Positions 1-9,234 of a stretch of DNA of 16,689 nucleotides are shown here, one piece after another (positions within the stretch are counted from its first letter, which is position 1; the number at the start of each line of letters is the position of its first letter). Source of the DNA: Thermoproteota archaeon (GTDB lineage Archaea; Korarchaeota; Korarchaeia; Korarchaeales; Korarchaeaceae); assembly GCA_026986575.1 (NCBI GenBank), contig JALSOH010000002.1:1-16689 (forward strand), read 5' to 3'. The translations under genes were made by a program, and so were the position numbers. The notes beneath the pieces were generated by a model, which ran no database searches, had not been told where the DNA came from, and saw only the letters and a program-made list of their open reading frames with translations.

Positions 1-160
1 CCTGATCCGCCCCCTCCAGTACCACCAGCACATTCGACTCGTAGACCTCGTCCTCCGGGTGGGGTAGGGCTATGACCCTGAGCAGCCTGTCGCCGAAGAG
101 CTCCTTCAGCTCGGAGGCGAACCTCAGGACAGTCCTCCTCCATCCCTCTGGTACTCTCAT
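1..160 (-). CDS. Degenerate minimal-nucleotidyltransferase-fold protein (5' part, runs off the window edge)
   Basis: Manual translation from ATG at 160 (alternative in-frame ATG at 181): MRVPEGWRRTVLRFASELKELFGDRLLRVIALPHPEDEVYESNVLVVLEG. Helix-'LFGDRL'-strand-loop-'SNVLVV' follows the MNT layout, but GS and DxD are missing. Not in the ORF track. Confidence 0.65.
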   Translation of the reverse strand, partial: MRVPEGWRRTVLRFASELKELFGDRLLRVIALPHPEDEVYESNVLVVLEGADQ

Positions 161-596
161 CTCAACTATTATTGGAAGCATTCCCGCTAGAGGAAGCTCC
201 TCATCGCTAATAATGGTTATTCAACTTACAACTCACCCCGTTTGGGGACCGGATCCTGTGAGGGGGACGGCCATCTAGACGAGACCTGTTAAGCGAGGGA
301 GCGCCTCCACCGATCTAGGTGTTGAGGGGTGTAACCGCAGAGAGGTTCTGACGACGATGTGATAGAAGCTTCACTATCCGAGGAACTGTTTTGAAACGTA
401 CAAATGACGGAGGATCGACCGAGCTCGTATGCAAACGTTCCCATTGAAGAGTGGAACGATATTTACGAGTACTCCCAACACGGGTCTTCATTGGAAAGGA
501 GACGATACGGTTTTCCGCTGCAAGCATTTCTGCGTGAGAGCGTTTCATCAGAGTTCCATCAATCATCCTTAAGTCCCATTACCGGCGCGATCCCAT

Positions 597-3218
597 GTGA
601 ATCGCGCGGCTCTTCAGCTCCTCCTTATCCTGCTGTTGCCCCTTGTTCAGCCGATTGTGGCCTCTAATGGGATTTCAACGTCCCAGAGCGGGGGATCACT
701 TAATGTAACGCTGGCTCTCGATGGAACCTCCCTCTCAATCCCCCTCGACCGACTGATCTGGGTCAGGGATCTCACGGACACCCTGAGCGGAGTTGACCTG
801 CTGACCAACGTCAGCTGGAAGGAGGTGTTCTCCGATCCGACTATCGAGGCGAACATCTCGGATGAGGGAATGAGGGTCTCGGTCGAGGGCACCGGTAAGT
901 GCGTGCTCCTCTCGGACAGGGTCCCGGTGACTGGCGGTCGGTCTTACTACCTCACCTCGGTGATCTCCCCATCATCAGGACTGGTGGGTGAGCCCGCCGC
1001 CCCGAACCTCATAGTGGGGGTGAGGTGGCTCGATGACTCGGGCTCCCTCATAACCATAAGCGAGTTTAGGGTGAGGGGAAGCGCTCCTCAGGGAAGGAGG
1101 TTCACTGCAGAGGTTATGGCTCCCCCTAAGGCGGCCTACGCCGAGGCGGGGATCGTCGTCATGAGCGTCCACGAGAGACCTCCGGTCTCACTATCGATCT
1201 CCGGGGTGAAGCTAATATCTCCGCCGGGGGAGGCGGAATGGCGCCCTTTGAACCTCAGCAGTGTAAGTGGCTACTTCACAGCCTACTGGAATGACCTCCA
1301 CTTCCAGCTTTCCCTCGAGAGGGGAGAAGCTGTGGGAATGAACCTGACCGTCACGAACTTCTCACCACGTGAGAGAGCGGTGGAGGTCGCTCTAGCCCTC
1401 CCTGCACCCGGATCTTGGTCTTGGGATGACGATCCGATCCCGGATGATGACGGGCCCTCTCTAGTGAATGCCCTTTATTGGGGGTACATGCCCGTCTCCC
1501 TCTACCCCTTGGCCGTCGCGGGTGACGGCTCGGATGGGCTTGCCGTGTCAGTTCCCCTCGACTGGCCAGTGGTATTCCAGCACTTCCACGATCGCAGGGG
1601 ATTCGGGACCTCTTTCAAGCTGGGATTGACTAGGGCTGGCACCCCGCACTCCGTCGCGAGCGTACGGGTGGAGGTGTTCGGAGCGTCTAGCTTCAGGGAG
1701 GCGGTCAGCGAGTATTACTCCCTCCACTCAAAATGGTTCACTCCCGGGATTAATGTGACGAGAAGGATGGCGAACTGGCCCTACTCACGCTACGGGATTT
1801 GGTTCTCCCAGGTAAACGTGCTTACGCGGGGGGAAGCAGATATAGCCGCCAATCTGAGGGGTAGGGGAGTTCACATAGCTCAATACGTGCTCCCATGGGA
1901 ATTCGAACCTTCAGCGAACAGGAGCATTTACGAGCCCGCTCCCTCCTACTGGGATTTCGTCGAGGCGGTGAGGAATCTCTCCAAGGTTAACACCACCAAG
2001 CAAGGGTGCAAGGCGAGGATGACACTGCAGGTCGGTGCTAGGGATGAGAACGGGATGTTACAGGTAGCTAGAGTACTGAGAGGACCCAAATGGAGGCCGG
2101 AAGACTGGGTGGCGGACATGCCGGTGAACCCGGATCCGGACCTGCCCGGGTACAACGCTTGGAACTATACCATGGACGTGGTGGGAAGGGCCCTGCGACT
2201 GCTCAGGGAGAGGAATTCCTCCTTAGACGGCGTGGAGCTGGACAACTTCATGGAGCGCTCTAGGGGCGTCGATCTGAGGATGGAAGCATTCCGATACCTC
2301 CGCTTCCCCCTCACATACGACACGAACACCTTCAAGCCGGCCGTTCACCTCTCATCGGCCGCGGTGGAGTACCTGCAGAGGCTCAGGGAGTGGATGTCCA
2401 GAGAGATCGGGGGCACGCTCACGGGGAACTTCGTCTCTGAGGGCATGGCCAGCTTCGGGGCCATCTACCTCGATGCCATCCCCTTCGAGTGCTCGCCGAC
2501 GGGCTTCAACTGGGGGGATGGGAACCTGACCTACAGGCGCTTCCTGGCGGGACGTAAACCGGTGATAGCGGTGCTCGCCTCCGACTTGGATCCCCGGGAT
2601 CCGGGAGATCTGGAGCTCCTCAACGAGTTCATAAACCTCTCGGTCTTCCATGGCTTCCTACCCACCGCGAAGTGGGATGTCGTGAACGGGAAGAGCTTCG
2701 AGGAGGTGCTCGGGGAGAAGCTGGAGAGGACCGCTGATGTGGTTTACGAGCTGCTCGAGGCCGGATGGCAGCCCATAACTGGAGTGAAAGTGGAAGGAGG
2801 GGTTAGGGTGGAGAGGTTCGGCTCCGAGACCGTTTACCTGACGGTACTTAACCCCTCAGACTCCCGGGCCGGGGCCAACTTGACCATCCCCGATGAGTGG
2901 AACGTGAGCTCGGTCGAGGTGATCTGGGGGACCTGCGACGCGGAGCTGAGCGGGAATGTGGGGTTGAGCCTGAACCTGCCTCCCAAGGGGGTAGCGGTGC
3001 TCAAGCTAGTAAGGAAGCGCTCCGAAACCGCTTTCACAACTGCCCCTCCCGGGTCGAGCACTCAGAGCGCGTCCTCACCCACCACGCCAAGCATCGAGAC
3101 GGAAACGCCCTCTCATCCCCCTGAACGGGGACCACCCAGATGGATCTCGGTCATACCTCTTGTCGCAGCGGCCCTAGTGCTCCTCCTAGCCCTGAGGAGG
3201 CGGGGGACCAAAAGGTGA
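597..3218 (+). CDS. Secreted, C-terminally membrane-anchored glycoprotein with CBM-like domain and putative glycoside hydrolase TIM-barrel domain
   Basis: 873-aa ORF with an N-terminal signal peptide and a CBM4/9-like stretch (VPVTGGRSYYL...VRWLDDSG...APPKAAYA). It also has a DGVELD motif, a S/T/P-rich linker, a terminal TM helix plus RRRGTKR, and about 16 N-x-S/T sequons counted by eye. Confidence 0.75.
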   Translation: MNRAALQLLLILLLPLVQPIVASNGISTSQSGGSLNVTLALDGTSLSIPLDRLIWVRDLTDTLSGVDLLTNVSWKEVFSDPTIEANISDEGMRVSVEGTGKCVLLSDRVPVTGGRSYYLTSVISPSSGLVGEPAAPNLIVGVRWLDDSGSLITISEFRVRGSAPQGRRFTAEVMAPPKAAYAEAGIVVMSVHERPPVSLSISGVKLISPPGEAEWRPLNLSSVSGYFTAYWNDLHFQLSLERGEAVGMNLTVTNFSPRERAVEVALALPAPGSWSWDDDPIPDDDGPSLVNALYWGYMPVSLYPLAVAGDGSDGLAVSVPLDWPVVFQHFHDRRGFGTSFKLGLTRAGTPHSVASVRVEVFGASSFREAVSEYYSLHSKWFTPGINVTRRMANWPYSRYGIWFSQVNVLTRGEADIAANLRGRGVHIAQYVLPWEFEPSANRSIYEPAPSYWDFVEAVRNLSKVNTTKQGCKARMTLQVGARDENGMLQVARVLRGPKWRPEDWVADMPVNPDPDLPGYNAWNYTMDVVGRALRLLRERNSSLDGVELDNFMERSRGVDLRMEAFRYLRFPLTYDTNTFKPAVHLSSAAVEYLQRLREWMSREIGGTLTGNFVSEGMASFGAIYLDAIPFECSPTGFNWGDGNLTYRRFLAGRKPVIAVLASDLDPRDPGDLELLNEFINLSVFHGFLPTAKWDVVNGKSFEEVLGEKLERTADVVYELLEAGWQPITGVKVEGGVRVERFGSETVYLTVLNPSDSRAGANLTIPDEWNVSSVEVIWGTCDAELSGNVGLSLNLPPKGVAVLKLVRKRSETAFTTAPPGSSTQSASSPTTPSIETETPSHPPERGPPRWISVIPLVAAALVLLLALRRRGTKR

Positions 3219-3272
3219 TAGAGATACCCATATCATTATAACCTATTGTTGGTCTCTCAATCGGTGCTAGAG

Positions 3273-3770
3273 ATGATGGTCGCCATACCTACGGACGATC
3301 CCAACGGCCTCGATGCCTTGGTGAGCGTTAACTTCGCTAGGGCCCCCTTCATCACCGTGGTGGACACGGACTCACTGTCCGCTAGGTCGTATCCCAACCA
3401 GTACGCCCAGGGAGGTGGAGGTATCGGGCCTGCGGTGGCACAGTGGGTTGCCAGCTTGGGCGTAAATGCAGTGATCGCCCCTTCCGTTGGACCTAACGCC
3501 CTTGGCGCCCTGACCTCGGCTGGAATCTCCGTCTACTCCTGTCCCCCCGGCCTGAGGGTGAGGGATGTGATCGAGATGTTGCGGGCGGGGCAGCTCGCAC
3601 CGGCCGGTCAACCAGCGTACGGGTACGGGCCGGGTGGTATGGGGACGGGACCCGGCGGGGGAATGGGGATGGGTGGAGGATGGGGAGGAGGCAGAGGAGG
3701 CGGATGGGGAAGGAGAAGGAGAGGAAGGAGGGGAAGAGGAGGATGGGGATGGGGAGGTGGAGGGTGGTGA
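3273..3770 (+). CDS. NifB/NifX (MTH1175-like) family protein with Gly/Arg/Trp-rich C-terminal tail
   Basis: Motifs VAIPTDD, FARAPF, VNAVIA..VGPNA...L..AGI.VY. Start placed at ATG 3273 (GGTG at 3263-3266, TTATAA at 3236-3241) rather than the track's TTG 3246. Confidence 0.85.
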   Translation: MMVAIPTDDPNGLDALVSVNFARAPFITVVDTDSLSARSYPNQYAQGGGGIGPAVAQWVASLGVNAVIAPSVGPNALGALTSAGISVYSCPPGLRVRDVIEMLRAGQLAPAGQPAYGYGPGGMGTGPGGGMGMGGGWGGGRGGGWGRRRRGRRGRGGWGWGGGGW

Positions 3771-4156
3771 GACTCTCCCTTCGATCCCCAAGCACAGGTG
3801 CTCACTATCCAGTACGGTTCAGCAATTCCGGATCACACGGATCGTCCAGTCAACCTCCGATGGCCCCATACTCCTCCCCTCCCTTCTCCCGATTCCATAT
3901 CGTCGTGAGGCTTTCTGAGGGACCAGCAACCTCAACGATCGCTGGACGGGGCGCGGGGCTCCAAGTGACTGGATACCGGGAATGCCATGCTGGAACTGGA
4001 CTGGAAGGTCTGTGCACGACGTCCGAGATCTAGGAGGATGGAATTCCCATTTCACACCTCCGCCCGACCTCCCTCCTACTGAACCGTCCGATGTATTGGG
4101 AGTTGACGGCGGGTTGAGATCCTTATCCTTATACCTCCCCACATCAGAATACCTCG

Positions 4157-4705
4157 ATGCGTATGAGAGCATCCCTCCTCTGGAAGTACAGGTTGGCTGG
4201 GGAGGCTAGATCACTCCACTCCTCAGATGATTGCGTTCTGCTTTTGAGCGATGGGGAGCTCCGGTGCCTCTCACCCAGATCTGGATCCGTCAAGTGGAGC
4301 CTGAAGGGAGTGAGTGAGGCCTCCATCCTCAGGGACAGGATCCTAGCGCTATCTGACGGCCTTACCTGCCTGAGCATCGATGAAGGGAGGGAGATCTGGT
4401 CCTTGGAGGGGGTGGAGCTATTCGATGTGGACGAGGGTGGTGGGAGGATATGCGCCTCCTCCGGTCGAACGGTAACCTGCCTGAACCCCGACGGGACGGT
4501 TAGGTGGAGCTACAAGATGCCATCCCAGGTGAGGGCTATAGCGGTCAGTGGGAAGTACGCGTACTTGGCGTGCGAGGACGGCTTCCTTTACTGCCTCAGT
4601 GAGCAGGAGGGCTCGCCTGGGGTCGGATCCCTGGTCAGGTTCGCTCCACCGCAGGAGGAGACCACGGCGTTCGAGGGCGACTGGGTACCCTCGGAGCTCC
4701 TCTAG
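4157..4705 (+). CDS. PQQ-like beta-propeller repeat protein
   Basis: Repeated L.CL...G...W blades (LRCLSPRSGSVKWS, LTCLSIDEGREIWS, VTCLNPDGTVRWS, DGFLYCL). No signal peptide. The start could be ATG 4163. Confidence 0.75.
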   Translation: MRMRASLLWKYRLAGEARSLHSSDDCVLLLSDGELRCLSPRSGSVKWSLKGVSEASILRDRILALSDGLTCLSIDEGREIWSLEGVELFDVDEGGGRICASSGRTVTCLNPDGTVRWSYKMPSQVRAIAVSGKYAYLACEDGFLYCLSEQEGSPGVGSLVRFAPPQEETTAFEGDWVPSELL

Positions 4706-5133
4706 ATCCTCAGCCTCCTTACCTCTGCCTTCTGATAATGGACAATGGCCCGGGGATCCAGCTCCACGAGCCTCCTTGTGGAGCCCCCACCGCCGTAGAC
4801 CCTGTGCCACTTCAACACCCTCTCATCAACCAATGTCCTGAGAGGTATGCCGACGGGAGGGACCTCCCCGACCTTGTACCCGGTGTGCTCCTCGACCTCC
4901 CTCGGCGAGGCCAGCCTCGCTCCCCTCCCCAGCTTGGAGAGATCGAGCCTCGATCTGCCGTCCAGTATGGCCAGAACGGGTCCCTCGTCCGTTATCACCA
5001 CCAGCGTCTTGATTATCTGCTCCTCCTCGACCCCTAGCTCCCTGGCGGCCTGTCTGACTGTCTTAACTTCTCCTCGGGTGATTATGAGCCTGCCCCCCAG
5101 CTCCTCCACCAGCGACTCGAAGTCAGAGGCCAT
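4702..5133 (-). CDS. ybaK: YbaK/EbsC family aminoacyl-tRNA deacylase
   Basis: AARELGV, IIKTLVV (conserved Lys), LASPREV..TGY.VG.VPPVG and GGG motifs. ATG at 5133, or GTG at 5136 overlapping the upstream stop. Confidence 0.88.
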   Translation of the reverse strand: MASDFESLVEELGGRLIITRGEVKTVRQAARELGVEEEQIIKTLVVITDEGPVLAILDGRSRLDLSKLGRGARLASPREVEEHTGYKVGEVPPVGIPLRTLVDERVLKWHRVYGGGGSTRRLVELDPRAIVHYQKAEVRRLRI

Positions 5134-6433
5134 CACCGATTCTTCGTCCTACTCCTCTTAAACCTGCCCATCCCGTAGTTTATCAGGCCTATTATCAGGA
5201 GAGCAACAGCCAGCACGATCAGGAAGGCACCCAGCCTCACGGCGTCCCCCTCACCGAGCCCGACCTCCGATCCCCTGCTGAGCTCCCACTCCCTGAGGAG
5301 ATGGACATCGGCTCTTCTCACCACCACATTGACCCTCTCGACGGATAAGGTCAGCTCTGCCAGGTTGACACGCACCTCCCTAGTCCCCAGTTCCACATCG
5401 AGCCCGTATCTGACCGTATTCAGGAATTCCTTCGAGTAGTTCAAGGGAGACCTCAGAGGTGAGGGTGTGAGGACTTCCTTCACGGCCCCGGAGTCAAGTA
5501 TCCAGACCCTTCTGTCGGTCACGACCACGGCATCCCGACCGTGTCGAAGGGAGGCAACTATCCTCTCCGCAGGGGATGTCCTGATCCTCACCGCCCAGGT
5601 GGGCGAGGTGGAGAGGAGAGCCCATCCATCCTCCCTCCAGTAGGAGTAGAGATCATCATAAGCATGCTGAGGGGCTAGAGGAGCACACAGGATACCCACA
5701 ACCTCCCCTTGGGGTAGCCAGAAACCGGAAACTGGAGAGAGACCCCAGTTCTCAATCCCGGGCAGGTCGAACGATCCGGCTAGGATGACCCCGCCATCCG
5801 AGAGGGAAGTCACGTGGAGGGGAGGCTCCAGCTCATATGCCTTGGAGACCTCATCGCCCCTGAACTCAATGATGTACCAGGTCCCCTACCCCAGGAGGCT
5901 CCTGACACCAGTACCCTTCCCTCAGAGACATCCGCCAAACTTCCAGCTAGATCGAGCCACTTCGCCCACACGATCCCCTTCCCGTTGACCTCGGCGATGA
6001 AAGGCCTTCGAATGCCCTCCACAGGAACCGAGCCTCCTATGATGAAGCCTTCACCTGCAGGCACGGCGTCCCTTATCTCGAGAGGCCAACTCGGCGGGAT
6101 CAGGCGATAAGCCCACCTGACGCTCTCATTCTCGCTCAAATCCACTAGAAAAGTATTCTCCGGATCTTGGGCAGCTATCATCAGCTCGCCATCCGATCCC
6201 CACATCCTGTAACTCAACCCCTTAGCGGGCAGCTCGAGCTCTACAGACCATGTTGTGCTCCAATTGGTGAGGGAGAATGAGAGGAGGTATGTTCGACCCC
6301 CGCTCCCCCTCATGAGGAGGTAAAGGGAATCCCCCTCGATGACTCCGGACTCTATACCTCCCAGCGGATCCGCGAGCGCGGTGCTGGGTGGAAGGCATAG
6401 CAGCAAGAGGATCACGATGAGAGGGGCTCTCAT
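5133..6433 (-). pseudogene. Secreted beta-rich, C-terminally anchored protein split by one frameshift (track ORFs 5810-6433 and 5133-5813)
   Basis: The first ORF has a signal peptide and the second has only a terminal TM helix plus basic tail. The second frame is open from 5885 and reads GTWYIIEFRGDEVSKAYELEPPLHVTSL. One extra base near the G4 run (5883-5886) joins them into about 433 aa. Confidence 0.65.
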
Positions 6434-6515
6434 CGAGACTCTTCCCGGTCCCCCAACTTAAGCTTCATCACCGCCGTTACATTCAGCCGATAGGCCCTCC
6501 CTCAGATCCTCCAGC

Positions 6516-7030
6516 CTAGCCAGCTTCTCGCACCCAGTCCTCTGAAGGCCAGGTGGGCACACACGGTCCATACGAAATGTATCGACGGGATTCCTCCAAG
6601 GCTAGGAGAAGGTAATTGTACGGGCTAATCGCAGACATGGCTATCACCGCGAGAATGATCAGGAACGCTACCTCCACGAGGTAGGGCTTCAGACTGAAGT
6701 AGGGCGCCTTGGCACCCCCTCACCTCGGGGAGCGAGTCCACCTCGTATCTGATGTTCCCCAGCCCTACTTGATCTCCCTGACGGGATGATCTAGCTCCTC
6801 CGCTCTCCTGCTGTGAACCATCTCGTGGACGGAGGTGACGTCCGCCATATCACCCCGCAACGGCGACGAAGAGGGCTAGGTGACCGCCCGCCGGGGGGAG
6901 GGGGGAAGAGCGCAACCACTGGCAACAGGAGAGCAACCATCTTGAAGGACCTCGACTTGACGAGTTGCTCGATGGCGAGCTCGAATTCCTTTATCCAAGC
7001 GTCCCTCGATTTTCCACCCAGCCCGCTCAA
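6516..7030 (-). pseudogene. Probable remnants of membrane protein gene(s)
   Basis: Fragments WIKEFELAIEQLVKSRSFKMVALLLPVVALF (resembles an ABC-2 permease N-terminus) and, from 6713 to 6516, AKAPYFSLKPYLVEVAFLIILAVIAMSAISPYNYLLLAL. No continuous frame. Confidence 0.3.
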
Positions 7031-7049
7031 TTTATAACCGATTGAGGTG
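7031..7049 (+). promoter_or_regulatory. Putative TATA box and Shine-Dalgarno site of the MFS gene
   Basis: TTTATAA at 7031-7037 and GAGGTG at 7044-7049, upstream of ATG 7062. Confidence 0.5.
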
Positions 7050-7061
7050 GGCTAGACCCAC

Positions 7062-8369
7062 ATGAGAAAAGAGAGGCTCGCTCTGATCATCACTCTACTG
7101 ATAAGCTTGGTCATAGGCGTCGGGTTCTCCGCAGCCATGCCCGTCTTCCCTTACTTGGTGCTCGCCCTCAAGGGAGTATTGACCCAGCTTCCGGAACTCA
7201 CTCAGGGAGCGATAGCCGCTCACGAGGGAGCTGTGGAGTTCGGCGCCTTGATGGCCGCCTTTATGCTCTTCAGGGCGCCGATAGCGGCGTTCTCCGGAAC
7301 TTTGAGCGATCTGCTGGGGAGGAAGACCCTCATACTGCTTGGGATGGTCATATACACGGTCACCTCCTTGGGTATGCTCTTGGTGGACGATGTCCTAGGC
7401 CTTATAGCTCTGAGGGCCCTCACGGGCGTAGCATCGGGCATCACGTGGCCAGTTGCAGAGGCATACCTGGCCGATGTAACCACGCCTCAGGAGAGGGGGA
7501 GGGCCATCTCCCTGTACATAATGACCCAGAATCTGGGCGATGTGGTGGGTCCGGGGATAGGGGCGGCGGTTTACAAACTCTACGTCCAGATGTTCGGCCC
7601 CCAAGATTACCTGTTCGCCCTCAAGACCCCTTTCTTGGTGATGGGCGGGCTGAGCCTCGTGGCCACCGCCCTCGCCGTGATGCTTCCTAAGGTGGTCCCA
7701 ACAATTAAGGGAGTCACCTCGGGCCTGAGGGAGATAGCATCAATCATCAGGAGCCTTCCCAAGTCAGTGGCCACCAGCATAAAGGCCATCTACGTGAACG
7801 GAGTTGGGAACGGTCTGGCTATGGGAATAATGAACACGGCCCTCATAGTGTACGCTGTCGAGAGGATAGTGAAGGACCCGGCCATAATAGGACTCGCTTT
7901 CACGATCATGGGCCTATCCGCCCTCCCAACGACCTTCCTCTCGGGATGGCTGAGCGACAGGTTCGAGCGGAGGAAACCCTTCGTTCTAGCGAGCTACGTG
8001 GTCAGCAGGCCGGTGATATTCCTCATGCCCTTCCTATCTGATGTGACCTCCTTCGCCTTGGCCCTTGTAGCCTTCATGATGGCCTTCAGCATAGGGATGC
8101 CCATAATGAGGGCTCTCCAATCGGAGCTGGTTGGTCAGGAGATAAGAGGGACGGTCTTCGGGGTTCAGCAACTCTTCTTCAACGTTGGCGTTGTTGTAGG
8201 AGCCATGGCGGGTAGCTACCTCGTCTCAGTCTATGCACCCACCACCGTACGAATGCTAGGTCTGGAGCTGACGGGCTACATCATACCCTTCTGGGCTGCT
8301 GGCGTTATAACAGTCCTCACCACCGTGATCTTCGCCCTCTACGTGAAGGAGCCCGAGGTAAGGCAGTGA
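7062..8369 (+). CDS. MFS transporter (DHA1-like)
   Basis: About 12 hydrophobic segments. Motif A appears twice (GTLSDLLGRK, GWLSDRFERRK), plus LRALTGVASG and ERGRAIS. Confidence 0.93.
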   Translation: MRKERLALIITLLISLVIGVGFSAAMPVFPYLVLALKGVLTQLPELTQGAIAAHEGAVEFGALMAAFMLFRAPIAAFSGTLSDLLGRKTLILLGMVIYTVTSLGMLLVDDVLGLIALRALTGVASGITWPVAEAYLADVTTPQERGRAISLYIMTQNLGDVVGPGIGAAVYKLYVQMFGPQDYLFALKTPFLVMGGLSLVATALAVMLPKVVPTIKGVTSGLREIASIIRSLPKSVATSIKAIYVNGVGNGLAMGIMNTALIVYAVERIVKDPAIIGLAFTIMGLSALPTTFLSGWLSDRFERRKPFVLASYVVSRPVIFLMPFLSDVTSFALALVAFMMAFSIGMPIMRALQSELVGQEIRGTVFGVQQLFFNVGVVVGAMAGSYLVSVYAPTTVRMLGLELTGYIIPFWAAGVITVLTTVIFALYVKEPEVRQ

Positions 8370-8376
8370 TATTGGT

Positions 8377-8839
8377 TCACCCGTACCTCTCCTTCCATCC
8401 CTTCAGATCCACCACGTCGAGTCCCCTCTCCCCAGCGTACCTCACGACCCTCTCGCTGAGGAGGTGATAGTCTTCAGTGACCAGAACGCCCCCGACCTCC
8501 AGTCCCGTGGACAGCACGATAGCGTCCGATGATTAAAGCCCCAGCTCCATTACCAGCTCGATTCCCCTCCACTTCACCCTGCTCAACGGGACCGCCCTCC
8601 ACAGATGATGGTCCTCCATCATCCTCATAACCATAATAGCCTTCTTCATCTTCTCCTCAGGATATGAGGCTTTCTAGAGGGCCCTGATCACCTCTAAAGG
8701 GAGGATCTCCGGGATGAATGCGCTCACCTCCATGTTCAGCACCTTGGACTTGAGGAAGAGAGCCTCCCCCCTCCCGCTCCTCCCCGGCCCTGAACCACTT
8801 GACCACAACGGAGGAATCAAGGACCACAGGAGTGGACAT
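8377..8839 (-). pseudogene. vapC: VapC PIN-domain toxin pseudogene
   Basis: Reconstruction: MSTPVVLDSSVVVKWFRAGEEREG / EALFLKSKVLNMEVSAFIPEILPLEVIRAL*KASYPEEK...MELGL*SSDAIVLSTGLEVGGVLVTEDYHLL...KERYG*. One extra base at the G6 run (8766-8771), TAG at 8674-8676 and TAA at 8533-8535. Confidence 0.88.
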
Positions 8840-9077
8840 CTTCCTCCTCTCTGTCCTTCAACAGCTTCTCGGTCAAGCCAGGCTTGCCCTCTGTTCCCTT
8901 TCGGATCTCCTCTATGAGAGAATCGGTCTCCCTGACCTTTTCACGGGCTATGAGAATCCTTAACGCATCTTCCACCGCTTGCTTCTTTGATTTGAACCTC
9001 TTCTTCCTGATAAGCTCCTCCATCTCCCTAACCAGCTCGCTGCTCACCCTCACATTCATCTGAACCTCTCGGACCAC
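8817..9077 (-). CDS. vapB: Ribbon-helix-helix VapB-type antitoxin
   Basis: VQMNVRVSSELVREMEELI...FKSKKQAVEDALR RHH pattern. Overlaps the start of the PIN pseudogene. Confidence 0.8.
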   Translation of the reverse strand: MVREVQMNVRVSSELVREMEELIRKKRFKSKKQAVEDALRILIAREKVRETDSLIEEIRKGTEGKPGLTEKLLKDREEEDVHSCGP

Positions 9078-9234
9078 CGTCGTATATCACTGTAAGCTAA
9101 TTATGATTGTGTAACATGCTCTGCTACGCTTGTGGCTAGGTCCCCGCTGGGAATGACATCACAAACCCTGAACTCTTGAGGGCGATCCGGGCCTAGATTA
9201 AACGATTATATTCCCTTCCATCCAGTATGCGGGG

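Noticed and set aside
380-500. TTGAAAC / ATTGAAG / ATTGGAAAG at about 50-nt spacing, reminiscent of CRISPR repeat ends
   Set aside because: The sequences upstream of each motif do not match one another, the spacing is too short for repeat plus spacer, and there are no cas genes.
315-667. Short ORFs 315-566 (-) and 404-667 (+)
   Set aside because: No recognisable motifs, atypical codon usage, and 404-667 overlaps the 873-aa gene. They could be remnants, but I cannot support that.
3372-4033. Pro-, Ser- or Glu/Gly-rich ORFs on both strands
   Set aside because: Alternative-frame shadows of the G-rich NifX tail.
3819-4172. Minus-strand 117-aa ORF, and a GGAGGTG-led ATG at 4050 followed by TAG at 4030-4032
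   Set aside because: No recognisable family in any frame. It may be an eroded gene, but there is no evidence for function or stop read-through.
4702-4705. Convergent genes sharing overlapping stop codons in CTAG
   Set aside because: Common in compact archaeal genomes.
8533-8676. Pyrrolysine or other recoding of the in-frame stops in vapC
   Set aside because: One stop is TAA and a frameshift is also present. Normal genes here end in TAG, so pseudogenisation is the simpler explanation.
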